From: Phoronis australis
Lineage: Eukaryota; Animalia; Phoronida
Reading direction: 5' to 3'
Assembly (NCBI GenBank): GCA_002633005.1
Contig: NMRA01000004.1
Location: 238,353-302,352, forward strand
Length of the DNA: 64,000 nt
Part shown: positions 40,501 to 52,552 of the stretch, in pieces
Layout: each line of letters begins with the position of its first letter
How positions within the stretch are numbered: the stretch's first letter is position 1
Translations under genes and position numbers: made by a program
Notes under the pieces: generated by a model
What the model was told of the DNA's origin: nothing
What the model saw: the letters and a program-made list of their open reading frames with translations, nothing else
Databases searched by the model: none

Positions 40501-42985
40501 CAAACATACGTGAAAACTTAACTGTGGTACACATGTTTACTGCAGTGGATCAAGCTTTCCCAAGTGTTACACGCCTGTCACTACAGTTAATGTCCGTTTC
40601 CACAGAAGATAATCCCCTTGTGGCACACACCAGTTTCACTCCAAAATGGTATTATAACATGATGTAAGCGATATTTATTGAGGATAAAATTAAGAGATAC
40701 ATTATCTTAAAATACATCACTCAAAGACATATATGTTATCATTGAAAATAATGCATTTATTAAATAAGGAGTACTAAGTTTTGAGTAGTTTTCAAAACAA
40801 ACTATAAACTATCATTATTGTACACTATTCCAAGATTTACCTTGAATATAACTTGACACATTTTAGCAGCCGTATCATAGTAACACCTGTCCTCCCAAGC
40901 CCTGTTTATGATGACCTCGGCAACCATTTGAAGCTGTCGGCCAGATATACTTGAGGGACCTTCAAACACAAAATTCACACAAATTGAATTATGTTTCTAG
41001 CAACTGGAGAAATCTCTACAGAACTACACTGTCAGCGATGGTTTTTGTTCATCACATTACAGCATTCTCCCCTTGAGTCCAACTTATTCGGTAGTATAAC
41101 ACGTACAACAACAAGTTGGGCCCATGACCACTGTAGCCAATCTCTTACAGGACTGGCATTTAAGGTTGGAGGGTCAGCTCTCTTTTGTTCGATAATTGCC
41201 TTCAATCTCCAATATGATCCTATATGGCTTGACTGAGCTGTGCTGTTAAAAATAAAAGTTAAGTTATAAAATGTTTGAACATAAATCAATAACATTTCTG
41301 AATTACTGGACAAATGCTGATCACGTTTAGTTTTTGAATCACCAAAATCGGCCAATTACAACCGAAGTTAAGACAATCTATTCTGTCCAAATATACCAAA
41401 CTGGGTTGGACTGTGTTCACATGTGGTAGGTAATAGGTAATAAGCGTGCTTAGATAATTGGCCTGCATGTTGTCATACCAGACAAGACTGTGCTCAGCAG
41501 TTAACAAAGGAGCTAGATGTTATCAAAGGCTCACAACCACTCTGTCTGGTAAAGTCACTGAACTGGAGAATGCCCCAATGATGTTAACACAAATGGACTA
41601 GAAGAAAGTCTTATGGCAAACGTCAATAAAACAATTATCTTCAAAGGCACATTTCCTCCTTTCAAAGCAACGTCATTGCATTCTTACCAATTGTTTCAAT
41701 TAAAGTTGGCTGGTACAATAAAACGATAAAACGCCTGGAATTCCCATGAAGGTTACAGCAGTTCTGCAACTGAAACTTACTTGCCAGTCCAAGCAAACAT
41801 GATGAGCCAGGTATGAGCCAATAACGAAGTAATTATTTCAAGAAAACCTTTCATGACAGTGTTTACCAGTTAGTGACTTTACCAGACATAGAGGGTTGTG
41901 AGCGTGTGATGACATCCAGCTTCTTTGTTAACTGCCAAGCACTGTCTTTTTGTCTGGTATGACAACAGAGGCACGCCAATTATCTACCAGGCTTATTACA
42001 GACCATGTGTGAACACTGGCAAACCCACAGCAAATTGGTGTGTTTGGAAAGAATAGTTTGTGGTAACTTCGGTTGCAGTTGGGCGATTTTGGCAATTCAA
42101 AAACTAAACATGATCACGTACCATTTCACGAGGATTTCAGAAACGATATTGGTTTAAATTATGCTCAAATATCAAATATGTTATAACTTAACTTTTATTT
42201 TTAACAGCACAGCCCAGTCAGGCTAGATACCATCTTATTGGAGATTAGAGCAATTATTGAACAAAAGAGAGCTGGCCCTCCAACCATAAATTCCAGAATG
42301 GAGTTAATCAGTCGTGTAAGATATTGGCTACAGAGGTGTTCGTCCCCTCTTGTTGTTGGGCTACAGAATAGAACAAGTTGGGAGCAACAGGGAAAACGCT
42401 ATAATGTTTAATCTACGCCAGAAAAAATATCGGGTTGATTTAATAACAGTAAGTGTTATTTGACAGATCAAGCAGATTAATGCACCTTTGAATAAAGCTG
42501 TTACCTTATTACGTGAGCAGACGATACACCCCTAATTTTCCGTTAGACTAAAAAGGCCACTCGAGTATTTTTGAGTGTTTCAGCTGGCATTTGTCCAGTT
42601 GTCACAAATTTTTCATTGAGGTGTTCCGATTTTTCATTCTAGACTGTTTCGTTGTCTGCAGGCCAGGACCAGCGTACCCCCAACATGTACGGTTTCCTTG
42701 TTTTGACAAGCTCATTTCTCATTTGGCAAGATGGGAATTTGCGAGGTCATTGGTACTTGACAAGTTTGACATTATAGTAAGTGTTGAGCCCTGTTTAAAT
42801 TCGAGTCTGAACTTGAAGTCTTAAGTTTTTACTTGAGTTTAAACCTTGAGTCTGGGTGTCGTCAAGCGCAAACATGAGCTACACACATAATGTACTCGAG
42901 CACAGTAAATAAGCACTTGTTTTGAGTTCATATTTGAGTGACACGGAAAATGTTTATTATTATTATCATTACTATTGTTATTATC

Positions 42986-43018
<33 letters not shown>

Positions 43019-46000
43019 GCTACTACTACTGTTATTATTATTGTTGTTGTTGTTGTTGTTGTTATTATTAAGATTTAACACCCCAGCCCCAGGTTTTCCT
43101 ATTTTATTATACAATTATGGTCTGAAATCCAACACATTGATCTTGGTAAAGGTCAATACGTTGGATTTCAGACCTCAATAATGTGAACACTTGGATTAGA
43201 ATTGATTTGTGTGCTCGGTAGAAGTTACAGATCATTATTGCTGAAGGCCAGACTCAGTAACTTGGTCTGTTTCAGACAACTCAATTAACAACGGCACCAA
43301 GCATGACTTCAAGGAATAACACGTTCTCCGTTCTTCACAGAAATCTGTTTAATCAGAGTCAGTGGAAAAAGTTGAGACCAGTTTTATCACTAGTCTAAAT
43401 TAAAATCAGTGCTTTTAACAAGAAGATGGCTTCATAGCTGCCTCAAAGCCACAATTCATACTTTCTAATGCATCCTTGATGAAAGGCTGGGCTTCAACCA
43501 AGTAATTCTCAAGATTGACATCTTGCATAGTCAGATCAACCTCATCATCTAGACGTGACCCTGGTTCTTGTGACGTCATGGTCTTCTCCATCACGCTCTT
43601 TTTCTCTCGTTTATCTACACAGAACAGCTGCTTGCCACGCCCTAATTGAGTAGAATAGAAATATTTTATGCAAGGTAACTGTATTTATGGTATTTAATTT
43701 TAACATGAACATGAAACAGAATTTAGAAAGTACAAGAATGGTATAGGAAACTTTACCCATGGTTCAAACACTGAACACGTTTGTAAGGGCTTATTCAAAA
43801 AAATTAGTGACAAATAACAATTACTTTGAAAAACAGAGAGCAGCATTGTTTCACCTTTAAATTCAACTTGCAATAAAAGTTTCCAGTCTTTATTTGAAAC
43901 ACATTTGTTCTATCTTGATCGAACAATGGCAAGCAATAGAATATTTTGTTATTTCTAAAATTTCCACACGACATCTTGTGCTGCTCAGCTGGGTTCATTT
44001 CCAATGACCAGTTTCCATATGAAGGGAACATTCTGTTTGAATCCTATCCAAAGATTCAATGCATGTTAAAAACTACACATTGATCCATTTTGCAATACAA
44101 TTCTACAGAAGGGTTTCATAACGGATTCAAGTTTGTTGGGTTGAAATGACTGTCCAAAGATTTGTTTGATCAATTTTACTCAGCACATAAAATAAGCACA
44201 TTTCAAGGTTTGAAACAACTAGAAAAGGGTTATATTAGGGAAAACTCTTCTCAGGTAATTTTTTTCACAGTTGTCCTCCAATTATTGAACCATTTTAATT
44301 GTTAAAATTCTATAGAAAATGGGGATCTGAGTTTGAGTTCCTGCTAAGCGCAACCTAAAAGGTAGTGAGCCAAGTACATTGACACCTATTCGTTGCACCA
44401 CCTCTGGTGTGGCCTAACCAAAGGTAGTAATAGTTTCTCATTAAATGTTACTTATTTCATTACTCAGTGAATAACATTGAGTGAGATAATATGGCACGAT
44501 AAAGTTTGCACTTTGCCCCTATATCGTGCCTATGTCGCAATGACGGGTATAATGGTCACATACAAGGATAACGGTCACATACAAGTGTCCTGAATTTTGA
44601 TAACCAGTATTCACCACGGAATAACCGACCCCTGTAGAGTGACTATTGCCCACCAATGGGTAGCCCCTACAGGCCATCCAGTGTCACTGATGAAGCTACA
44701 GCATACAGTACATAACACTATTTTGACTGTGAAACAAACTTAGGGGATTCAGGGAATATACACCGGACATACTATTATCACTGGCTCTGCTTCTGTCCAC
44801 CAAAAGGGTGGAAAATGAAATCAAACATCTTAATTCTTCAGGCAACTCTTATCCTAATACTGTCAGATTAAAGTACAATAAAGAGTATTTGAGCAGAAGA
44901 ACTTGTAGTTTTCTGATGGGGGGGTTGGGACTTTCAGCTGGCACAGGAATTGAAACTCCATTGAAGCTCAACTGGAGATTCAATTTAGATTCAATTGAAG
45001 TTTTTTTCCCATGTAAATGAATTGATTCAATTCATTAGCATATTCAATAACCAATCAACCAGAATTCAATAGCCATTCAATAGCCATTCAATTCTCTATG
45101 CAGTACAGAATCAGTTGAATTTCATATAACAATTCAATAGCCGTTCAAAGGCCATTCATTTTTTCTAACTACAAAGAATAAATCGAATTTCAAGTATTTT
45201 CTATACAAAATTAACTCCTTCAAAACTAAGATGTATTGTTGTGAAGCTCTTCAAGTTCATGAAGCCAAAATAAAATTTCACTTCCCTCAATCAAACATGC
45301 ACATGCATGATCTGATGTCAGAATTTCAAGACACAATCATAGAAGCGTGTTTTTAAGTCTCAAGTAATTTAAGTAAACGAAATGTTAGGTCAAAACATGA
45401 TTAACTGATAGTTGTTTTGGCAACTACGTGCACAGTAACCCAAATCATTTTGATATCTGTGCCACTAATTAACTTCCATCATAGATACTCATATAGTCTA
45501 TGCTTTCACAACCTTGATCAGCTGAATCCGAAAAAAAAACACTTCCATTTCGTTTGGAAGACTAAAGCCACTCATTCATTTAACTTAATGTTACTTAACA
45601 ATCAAATTGACATAAATACAATGTTGAAATCAAAATTCACCAATTAATCTATGCAGGTTCACGTGTTTAAAATAAACATTTCAAGACAGTTTGCTGGTAA
45701 CGCTCCCAGGCAGTTCAGCTGGACTAGTATAAAATAAACATTATACATCCAAAGGCTTGTGGGCATGCAGAGTTCAATTAATGTACATAAAATATCACCA
45801 GTTTAGGAGACAATATTTGTGGACAGGTGAAATTTTACTTTGTTATCATGCAGTAACAACTGGCAGGTTTTGCTATTCAGTTTTCGGGACAAAGTCACAC
45901 TCTCGTGTGAAGACCCTCCAATTATCATAACCTTTAGGATTTAATAGAAAAACAAAGAATCAAAACTACAGTTGCTAGCGACTTCTTAATAACTGACTCA

Positions 46001-46900
46001 TCGAGCAAAATCTCCGTATGCATATATGATCTGGTGCAATTTTTTCAAAAGCATGCCTGCTATGATGGGCAAAACTGTCTTGTTTAAAATCAAACCATCC
46101 AGAAATTCCTGAGATTCAATAGCTATTCAATACAGAACAGCTAGAAATTCTCTAAGTGCTGAAATTCAATTGCCATTCAATGGCCATTCAATTGACTGCA
46201 TAACCAGGTTCTGGAGGGCAATGCAAATTGAATTTTCATTCAGTACACATATTCAATAGAAATTCAATTTTCTATTGAATTTCAACAGAATCTCAATCAG
46301 AATCTCAATTGCAACTTCTCCTTTTCGTAGGCCTCCAGTGTCACTGCAGGCCTTTGCCAACTCCGGACGGTCCATCACGACAATCAATAATGTTATGAAC
46401 TTACTGGAAAACTTCAGACAAGTGCAGAGTGTCAATATCAATAAGTGAACAGCTGGTAACTTAGAGAACATAGTTACTTGATATTATAGTCAAAGCATAG
46501 AGAGGATTCATGGGCGGATCCAGGATTTTGAGTAAGGGGGCCAGGGCAGAGTATTAGCCAGGATTTTGCCTGTCAGATAAAGGCACTCCCGAACTGCCCC
46601 ATGGAATCTTGGAGAATTTTAGGGGGGGGCATGGCCCCCTTGGCCCCCCTCTAAATCCGCCACTGGGATTGAACACCATGAACCTGGCAACTCAAAACGC
46701 CTTTTCTCATCCAGTGCAGCAGCGGCAGTGTTGTTTGAGCTCTTTGAACCATCACTATCAGCACTGCTGTTTAGTTCTTGCCAACTGTCATTATGCAATC
46801 GATTTTCCTGGTGCTTCTGTATAAGACGGATGAAACCATGCTGCATATTCAGTCCCGGTGAAACTTTCGGTGGTTCGTAGCCGTTTGAAAACAGTGGCAT
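37323..46900 (-). CDS. MIF4G domain protein, MIF4GD/SLIP1-CTIF family, ~338 aa, 5 coding exons
   Basis: Phase-consistent exons 46900-46684, 43641-43462, 40959-40841, 40157-39894, 37559-37323 (TAG). C-terminus VGPMLENENSNKMMELVNKIRDALL...LMEILELRASKW...YY resembles MIF4GD; probable 5'UTR exon ends at GTGAGT donor near 47242. Confidence 0.8.
37633..37897. repeat. 44-bp minisatellite, 6 copies, each with an internal hairpin
   Basis: Unit TAATTACACACTCGGTCTAATACAGTTACCGCATAATGTATTAG; CTAATACA/TGTATTAG is an 8-bp inverted repeat. Confidence 0.95.
39629..39872. repeat. 72-bp-arm inverted repeat (two opposed Penelope-type ends)
   Basis: 39629-39700 is the reverse complement of 39801-39872 with about 3 mismatches. 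Confidence 0.9.
39816..39860 (+). ncRNA. Minimal type I hammerhead ribozyme motif (Penelope-like element terminus type)
   Basis: CTT-CTGATGA-T-GGTGTT(loop)GACACC-GAAA-CATGTC^-AAG: intact core, 6-bp stem II, short palindromic stem III, 3-bp stem I. Confidence 0.65.
39894..40157 (-). CDS. MIF4GD-like internal exon (88 codons)
   Basis: cttcag acceptor, GTGAGT donor; KENQLEANDIIPANNFRNGVTTTCSLLMKKQEVFRKHSLEGFMSFVKFL... Confidence 0.85.
40841..40959 (-). CDS. MIF4GD-like internal exon
   Basis: PSSISGRQLQMVAEVIINRAWEDRCYYDTAAKMCQVIFK; phase 1 to 0; not in ORF track. Confidence 0.85.
42953..43070. repeat. Compound trinucleotide microsatellite (TTA/CTA/TTG)n
   Basis: Direct inspection; source of the poly-N and poly-L ORFs. 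Confidence 0.95.
43462..43641 (-). CDS. MIF4GD-like internal exon
   Basis: GRGKQLF...LENYLVEAQPFIKDALE, 180 nt, phase 1 to 1. Confidence 0.8.
46509..46665. mobile_element. hAT-like MITE with 5-bp TSD
   Basis: CATGGGCGGATC...AATCCGCCACTG termini, GGATT on both flanks; a related right end lies at ~31505-31543. Confidence 0.65.
46684..46900 (-). CDS. MIF4GD-like first coding exon
   Basis: GCCATG start, acceptor at 46909, CCAG|GTTCAT donor gives phase 1 matching next exon. Confidence 0.65.
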
Positions 46901-49337
46901 GGCGAGAGCTGCAACATAAAGAAACTAGAGCAGGACGTCAACAGTTATGTTGTTACCCAAGGCTTTACTACAACAATGATGGCATCAAGATGTAAAGAAA
47001 GGTTTACTTAAAAAGTCAGGAACATGATGAGGTTGCACGAATTTCTCAGGGAACAAAGCCAGGCACGTAACTTGTCTGCTAACTTACAAACTTGCCAAAT
47101 TTTGTCGACTGCACGCTCTCTTGCGGGAAATACGCTACAGTACTTAAAAGTGCTGCGCTCTATTGTCTAAACTTGAAGCTGCATTACAGCCTGCGCATTG
47201 CTTAGTTGCTAAAAACGAAGATTACTTCCAAATCGGACTCACAGCAATCCCTACAGTGAAGGGAGTTTATTTCCGTTTCTAAAAAGACGAAACCGTCCAC
47301 GACTCAAGAACACATTTCGGAGTTTGTTGGGATTGACCAACTCCTTAGCAACGGATGCCTCAGTACTAGTACAATAGCAAACTCTTTGTAAGGTATTACT
47401 ACGACAATAAAAAACTAAAAAAATTGACGAGTCCGCAACTAATATAGACTGTGACCGCTGGCTCTGGCTGTCCCCAGTAGAAACGGTGAGCTCCTATAGG
47501 AGCTCCTAGGAGCTTCATACGCCGGAAGCTTTTCCACGCGGCGAGTTATGCCTCCACACTGGCATCAAAGTCGCGCTGTGTTAAGTACCTTTTGCGCATA
47601 GAGGGCCTTAGGAGGCCGTCCTTCCAACTCGAACAGATATTTCCGTAATCAAACTCTTTTTCAAGCAGTCCTTCGTTCAGTTGCCTAAATCTGCAACTGA
47701 CCATTTTTACACTGCACGGGACCCATTTGATAAGACTAAAAGGCCGAATTTGATTTTTTTCGTTTTTTAGCATACTAAACTGGGCGAAACGCAATTCACT
47801 TGTTTTTTTTACCCTTTTCACATTTTCCAGCTAATGACAATAAACTTTTCATTCCACCCGCTACAGCTAAGCATGAATCTGCAATATAATTTTTCTTTCA
47901 CAATTTCCATTGGCCGGGCAAGGCGGTCATCGAACTTTCTCAGACATCGTTTCTAACACTAACAACTGAAAGGTCTTCGTAGTGATCTACAATAAGTATG
48001 CCGGGGAAGTCATTAATTTCATAATAGCGAAATCGTACAAGATATTTTATATCTGTGAGAAGAATCACCGCGTTGATTCTGGAATTACCGGCGACCTCGT
48101 TCCTTGAAATCACCGTGTCAGTGATTTTAAGAATCACCGAGCAGGGTAATTTTAATGTGCTTAAAATTGTCAGCATCATGAAACATCCCCTTATAACACT
48201 GCATGTAACAACCCTGAATTCAATATCCCAAAAAGGAGAAAATGGAAGTAAAGCCACTTCAGTTGAAAGTTTCTTAGCTCCACAGACATGAGTGTGACGC
48301 ATGAACGTCAGCGTCAACGTGTAATGTCCATCAACACGCGAGGTTTCTTGTACAAATATGTGCCACATCTGCGCTTCTCCGGTGTCTCGAGGAAGTGAAG
48401 AGTCGCAGCGAGGTCAATTACTAAGTTGTCACAACCGCTACCATCGGACCGCCTCGACATTCTTTATCATGACATAAACCTCGGAAAAATGAACTGCAAT
48501 ATCTGACGACTTTTCCCACTAAACACTATTGAGGATGACTTTCTTGTGGTTGTCCCGATTTCTCGTATCTAATAATTAACATATCGTCAGATAGTGTTTG
48601 CGGGTGTTCTTATTTGACAGCTGGTCGGACTAGTGGGGTTGTTTCAGGTGTTTATGATATGAAATTTGTCATTTTAAGCTGACTTTAAAAACCACAACTG
48701 TGGTTGCAAATGTAGAAGAAAGAAATTAGATATCGGATAAGCATTTACGATAAAAATTCAAAACTTTGTGAAAACTCGTAATATATTTTCTAGTTTCTTT
48801 CAAATAATTCAAAACTTACATAAAATGCCAAAACACTAGAATTCAGCAACTTTAAATTTTTTTTTGAGGAATCTCACGAGACTGATTTAAATGAAATTCA
48901 ATTTTCGTGTTTAAGTCACCTCTCTACCGTCTGACACAGCGCCACTTATACTTTCGTAGCACAGTGAAAGAGTGTAATCACCTCTCTTAATTTCAACTAC
49001 GTTCCACCAAACCCCATTAGTGGTCCAAATTCCACAACCTGTTCCTGAATAAAACTTTGCCCATTAGGTTGACAAAAAGTACGCTCTAGTTTGTATTTTA
49101 CACACCAACACCATTACCCTTTGACATTATAGGGCAAATTTTTTATGCACCATTAATCTTTTAAAAATAGTACGTTTAAATCATAGTGGCGTTACAGTTA
49201 CAGTCCTCCTTTTAACCTTTCAAATTCAAAATCTGGAAGTTCTAAGCGGTGCAGTTTAAAAATGGGAAACTTCATTTTGAGTCTGATTGCAAGCCGGAGC
49301 AGGGGAAACTTGAGACATTCTTCGCTGCAGGTCTTAA

Positions 49338-50785
49338 AGGGGAAGACAACCTTTCTCTTGCCATTTTTAGTAAAAATACGGTTCGCCGATTATCCTGGAC
49401 ATATGCTTCAGTTATTAACGGCTCCCCGTAATTTTATTAATTAGTTGTGCACTACTCCGGAAGTGACGTTTAGGGGGTTAAGAATTTCCCGCTATTTCGT
49501 TTCTAGTGCGTTCGAGTTACTGTGGGGATCTGTTCTACTGTTGTTTTTGTGCTGGTCTCCTAAAATTGTCGTCACCACTTCCCATCGACGAGTATTCTAC
49601 GACAAGTTAGGTTGTCAAAGAACTGAATTACGTTGGAATCTTTTAGTTTGTAATAGCAGTGGGTGGATATATGTTTTAGCACGAGTATAGTGAGGCAGAA
49701 TACAGACAGCTGCTGAGAGGGATGGGGCAGAGACTGAGGACAGACATGGTGGGACGTCTTGGCGCAAATGCAAGGTGTGCACTGTTCTTTATGCCGACCT
49801 CAATGGAATACCTATGCTGTTCCAACTGGATGGTGACCTGAGCACCCAAACCGCTTACATCCAGCCGCGGTGTGACTCCCTCGCTACACACCAGGCCGCT
49901 TCTAAGTAGCTCCAATACTTCAGTCAAGTCCACAATAAATTTATCACAGTTTGGCTCATCGGCCTGACCACTGGACGACGGAACTGTCCTCCCCCAACAC
50001 TGGATGTCGAAGTTGGCCTGTATTCACTAGTATTACTCAACATCGCTGCAGGGCTGCTTAGAGTCTCTGGGCTGGAAACAACACCAGCACAGGGCAAATA
50101 ACTGCTAGTTCCTAGAATTGCACGCTCTGGGGTACGTTCGGAGGCACGGGTGATAGTAGATGAAGCGCCTCCAGTCACTGATAGAGGCCACAGCTCGCGA
50201 GACCACTCGCTTGAAAAATGCATTTCTCGGAGGTGGCGACGAGGCACTGCCGGGAATCAACAGCGAAAGTATGGCACCCTTCTTCAGGGGTTGTTTTGCA
50301 GGAACCTTCACTGATTCCGTGTAATTCTTTCGTAATTCAACAGGCAGGAAATGCTTGTCACACACTCGGTAATTCTCCACTGCTTTGCGCGTTGCGTAGA
50401 CGGTAACGCTGCGTTCTTCACTCAAACGAGCCAAGTACGGCGTAGCGTGTCATCTTTCGGAAAGCAGTGTACTGGCATACCCAAAGTGCGCGTGAGACGA
50501 TGACGAGTACACCCCGGTACACAGCAACCGTGCGGCATGTTGACTGACTGGTAAACAAACGCAAACGGCGACTGAACTTATCACAACCGGGGTAAAATAA
50601 TGACTGTCTCGATAGCTCATACAGAAAACAAAATGGAGGAAAAAGTCTTAAACCCCTAAACGTCACTTCCGGAGTAAGGCAAGACTAATTAATAAAACTA
50701 CGGGAAGTCGTTATTAACTGAAAAATATGTCTGGAATAATCAACGAACCATACTTTTACAAAATTGAAAAAGGTTACTTTCTCCT
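49338..50785 (-). mobile_element. Non-autonomous Kolobok DNA transposon with decayed THAP/transposase sequence
   Basis: TTAA TSD (49334-49337, 50786-50789), AGG...CCT termini, ~150-bp imperfect TIRs including TACTCCGGAAGTGACGTTTAGGGG. Confidence 0.85.
49676..50538 (-). pseudogene. Disrupted THAP-domain transposase ORF of the Kolobok element
   Basis: MPHGCCVPGC...VHCFPKDDTLRRTWLV*VK then frameshift to YRVCDKHF...LKKGAI; canonical THAP C..C/FP/W/C..HF signature with an in-frame stop. Confidence 0.8.
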
Positions 50786-51182
50786 TTAACGGATAGCGTG
50801 CCCCAGAATTAACGCACTATCTATCATCGTATAGGCTTACATGAACAACAAGAAAGTTCGTGAAAACTCACCAAGTTTACCTTTCAACCAATTGCAAACA
50901 ACAGTGCCTCTTCGTTACACCTGGATTTGTGATGAACTTTCTGGCAAGGTCTCCAGTTTTGAAAAACGCACAAAAAACTTTTTCTCCCGAGCCCAGTTTC
51001 AAACTCACCTCCCTCAGATGATATATGCGCCCATGCGTTCTTATTAATGTTGTATCTTCAGTAAAAGCTTAGAACTGGCGGTAGTTCCTTTAGTCGTATG
51101 CTCAAAGATGTCACATTTTCATTCACCTAGGAGTAAAGACCCGGGATCAAGATATCAAATAAGAACGTGCATTGCGTGTTGT

Positions 51183-51445
51183 CAGTAGCGTGCAGGAGGG
51201 GTTTGGGGGGAGAGGGATGGGGGCCGACCTTAGACAGCAGGCATCCAAATCGAGGGGCATCCATTCACAATGAACAAACCTTTTTAGGTTGTGATTGATT
51301 CGTGGTTAAAAACTGAATAAAGTTTCTATTTTGCGTTTCATCTTTTTTACTTTTGTTAGTACTAGGATCCATGCATTTGAGTAGAGAGCCGAGGGGCATC
51401 CGAGAAAAAATCGCCCCGGCACCACCAAACCTCTGCGTGCTATTG
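51183..51445 (+). mobile_element. hAT MITE, 263 bp, 8-bp TSD
   Basis: CAGTAGCGTGCAG...CTGCGTGCTATTG termini, exact TSD CGTGTTGT; 3' part homologous to 60620-60768. Confidence 0.85.
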
Positions 51446-52552
51446 CGTGTTGTGACACAACCGGTGACGTGAGGAGCGTTTCACGGATCGCTTTTTATTT
51501 TGAAAGGAAAAATACATTTGATTGCATGGAGATTGCCAATTTCCACGAAGATGCCTAAAAATAGCAGCTTTTATACTGACGTCTAATTCAATTTCATAGA
51601 AGCAATTGGAAGGAAAATAACTTACTATCTCTATCTAACGGCATTCAACATTGTTGTGGTCCTGTGGGTTTGATGAGTGGACGAACTTGAGGCTGGTGCT
51701 TGAAAGCAAGTTATGAATTTCAAAGTTCAGTCATAACGCTCCTCTATTAAAGTGATGAAGTAGTGCCAGACGTGCGGTGTTTGTAGGGAAATCGACAAAT
51801 TCAGATTGTCTTTTTGACAATTATTCAAACTTGGAAGCACGTGTTGCTTAGATAGTCACACTTACTTGGAGAAAACACGAGGTAACTTTTTATTATCAAA
51901 ATCCGAAACCGGCTTAGTTTGCCTGAAAATGATACCATCTGTTATTAAATCTTTTATAAGTGTATAATGTTGCTGAATTTTGGAAATCATTTAAATTTAT
52001 TATTGTTAAATGCCCGATTAGTTTTCTAGGACAAGCGTCACGGATAGCTCTCACTGGCAATGACATGATAAATCATGCAAAAAGTTATCATGAGAGACAT
52101 TATTAACCTCAAATGCTCGTAAAACGATACACTGTCACAAAATAAGATAATAAATTCCACCTGTTTTCATCATCTGTTACTACCATATATACCTTCACTT
52201 TAATCTTAACGATCATATCATTTCAGAGTTCAGACGCGAGTGTTATCTTTGATAAGGTTGGTATTTGGTTTGTTTTTTTTTGTTAAATTGCCAGAGACAT
52301 GTTTTTTTGCAATAAAGTTAAATTTCCGAAACAACTCTTGGATGTGAAAATCCAAATTTAAGATACCATTTTTGTTGTCTGATCGACTTCATTTGCTTAG
52401 GAATGTATATACTTGTAGTGAATACAAAGGTTACATTCGATCCAAAATGTGTTGTTCAGTTTAAAAGTCACTGTTTGAGAAGAAAGAGGAGATTGTTTCA
52501 TTTTGGAAACACTTTCTCATTGTTTCTTTTTAGGGCGTACTTGAGCTCAAAC

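Larger units (their letters stand above)
38100..42390. repeat. Dispersed ~450-bp repeat family, three copies in MIF4GD-like introns
   Basis: ~38100-38580 (+), ~41110-41570 (+), ~41870-42390 (inverted); shared blocks such as GCTGTGCTGTTAAAAATAAAA and TGTTTAGTTTTTGAAT. Confidence 0.8.

Noticed and set aside
42839-43181. Poly-Asn and poly-Leu ORFs
   Set aside because: Translations of a trinucleotide microsatellite in an intron.
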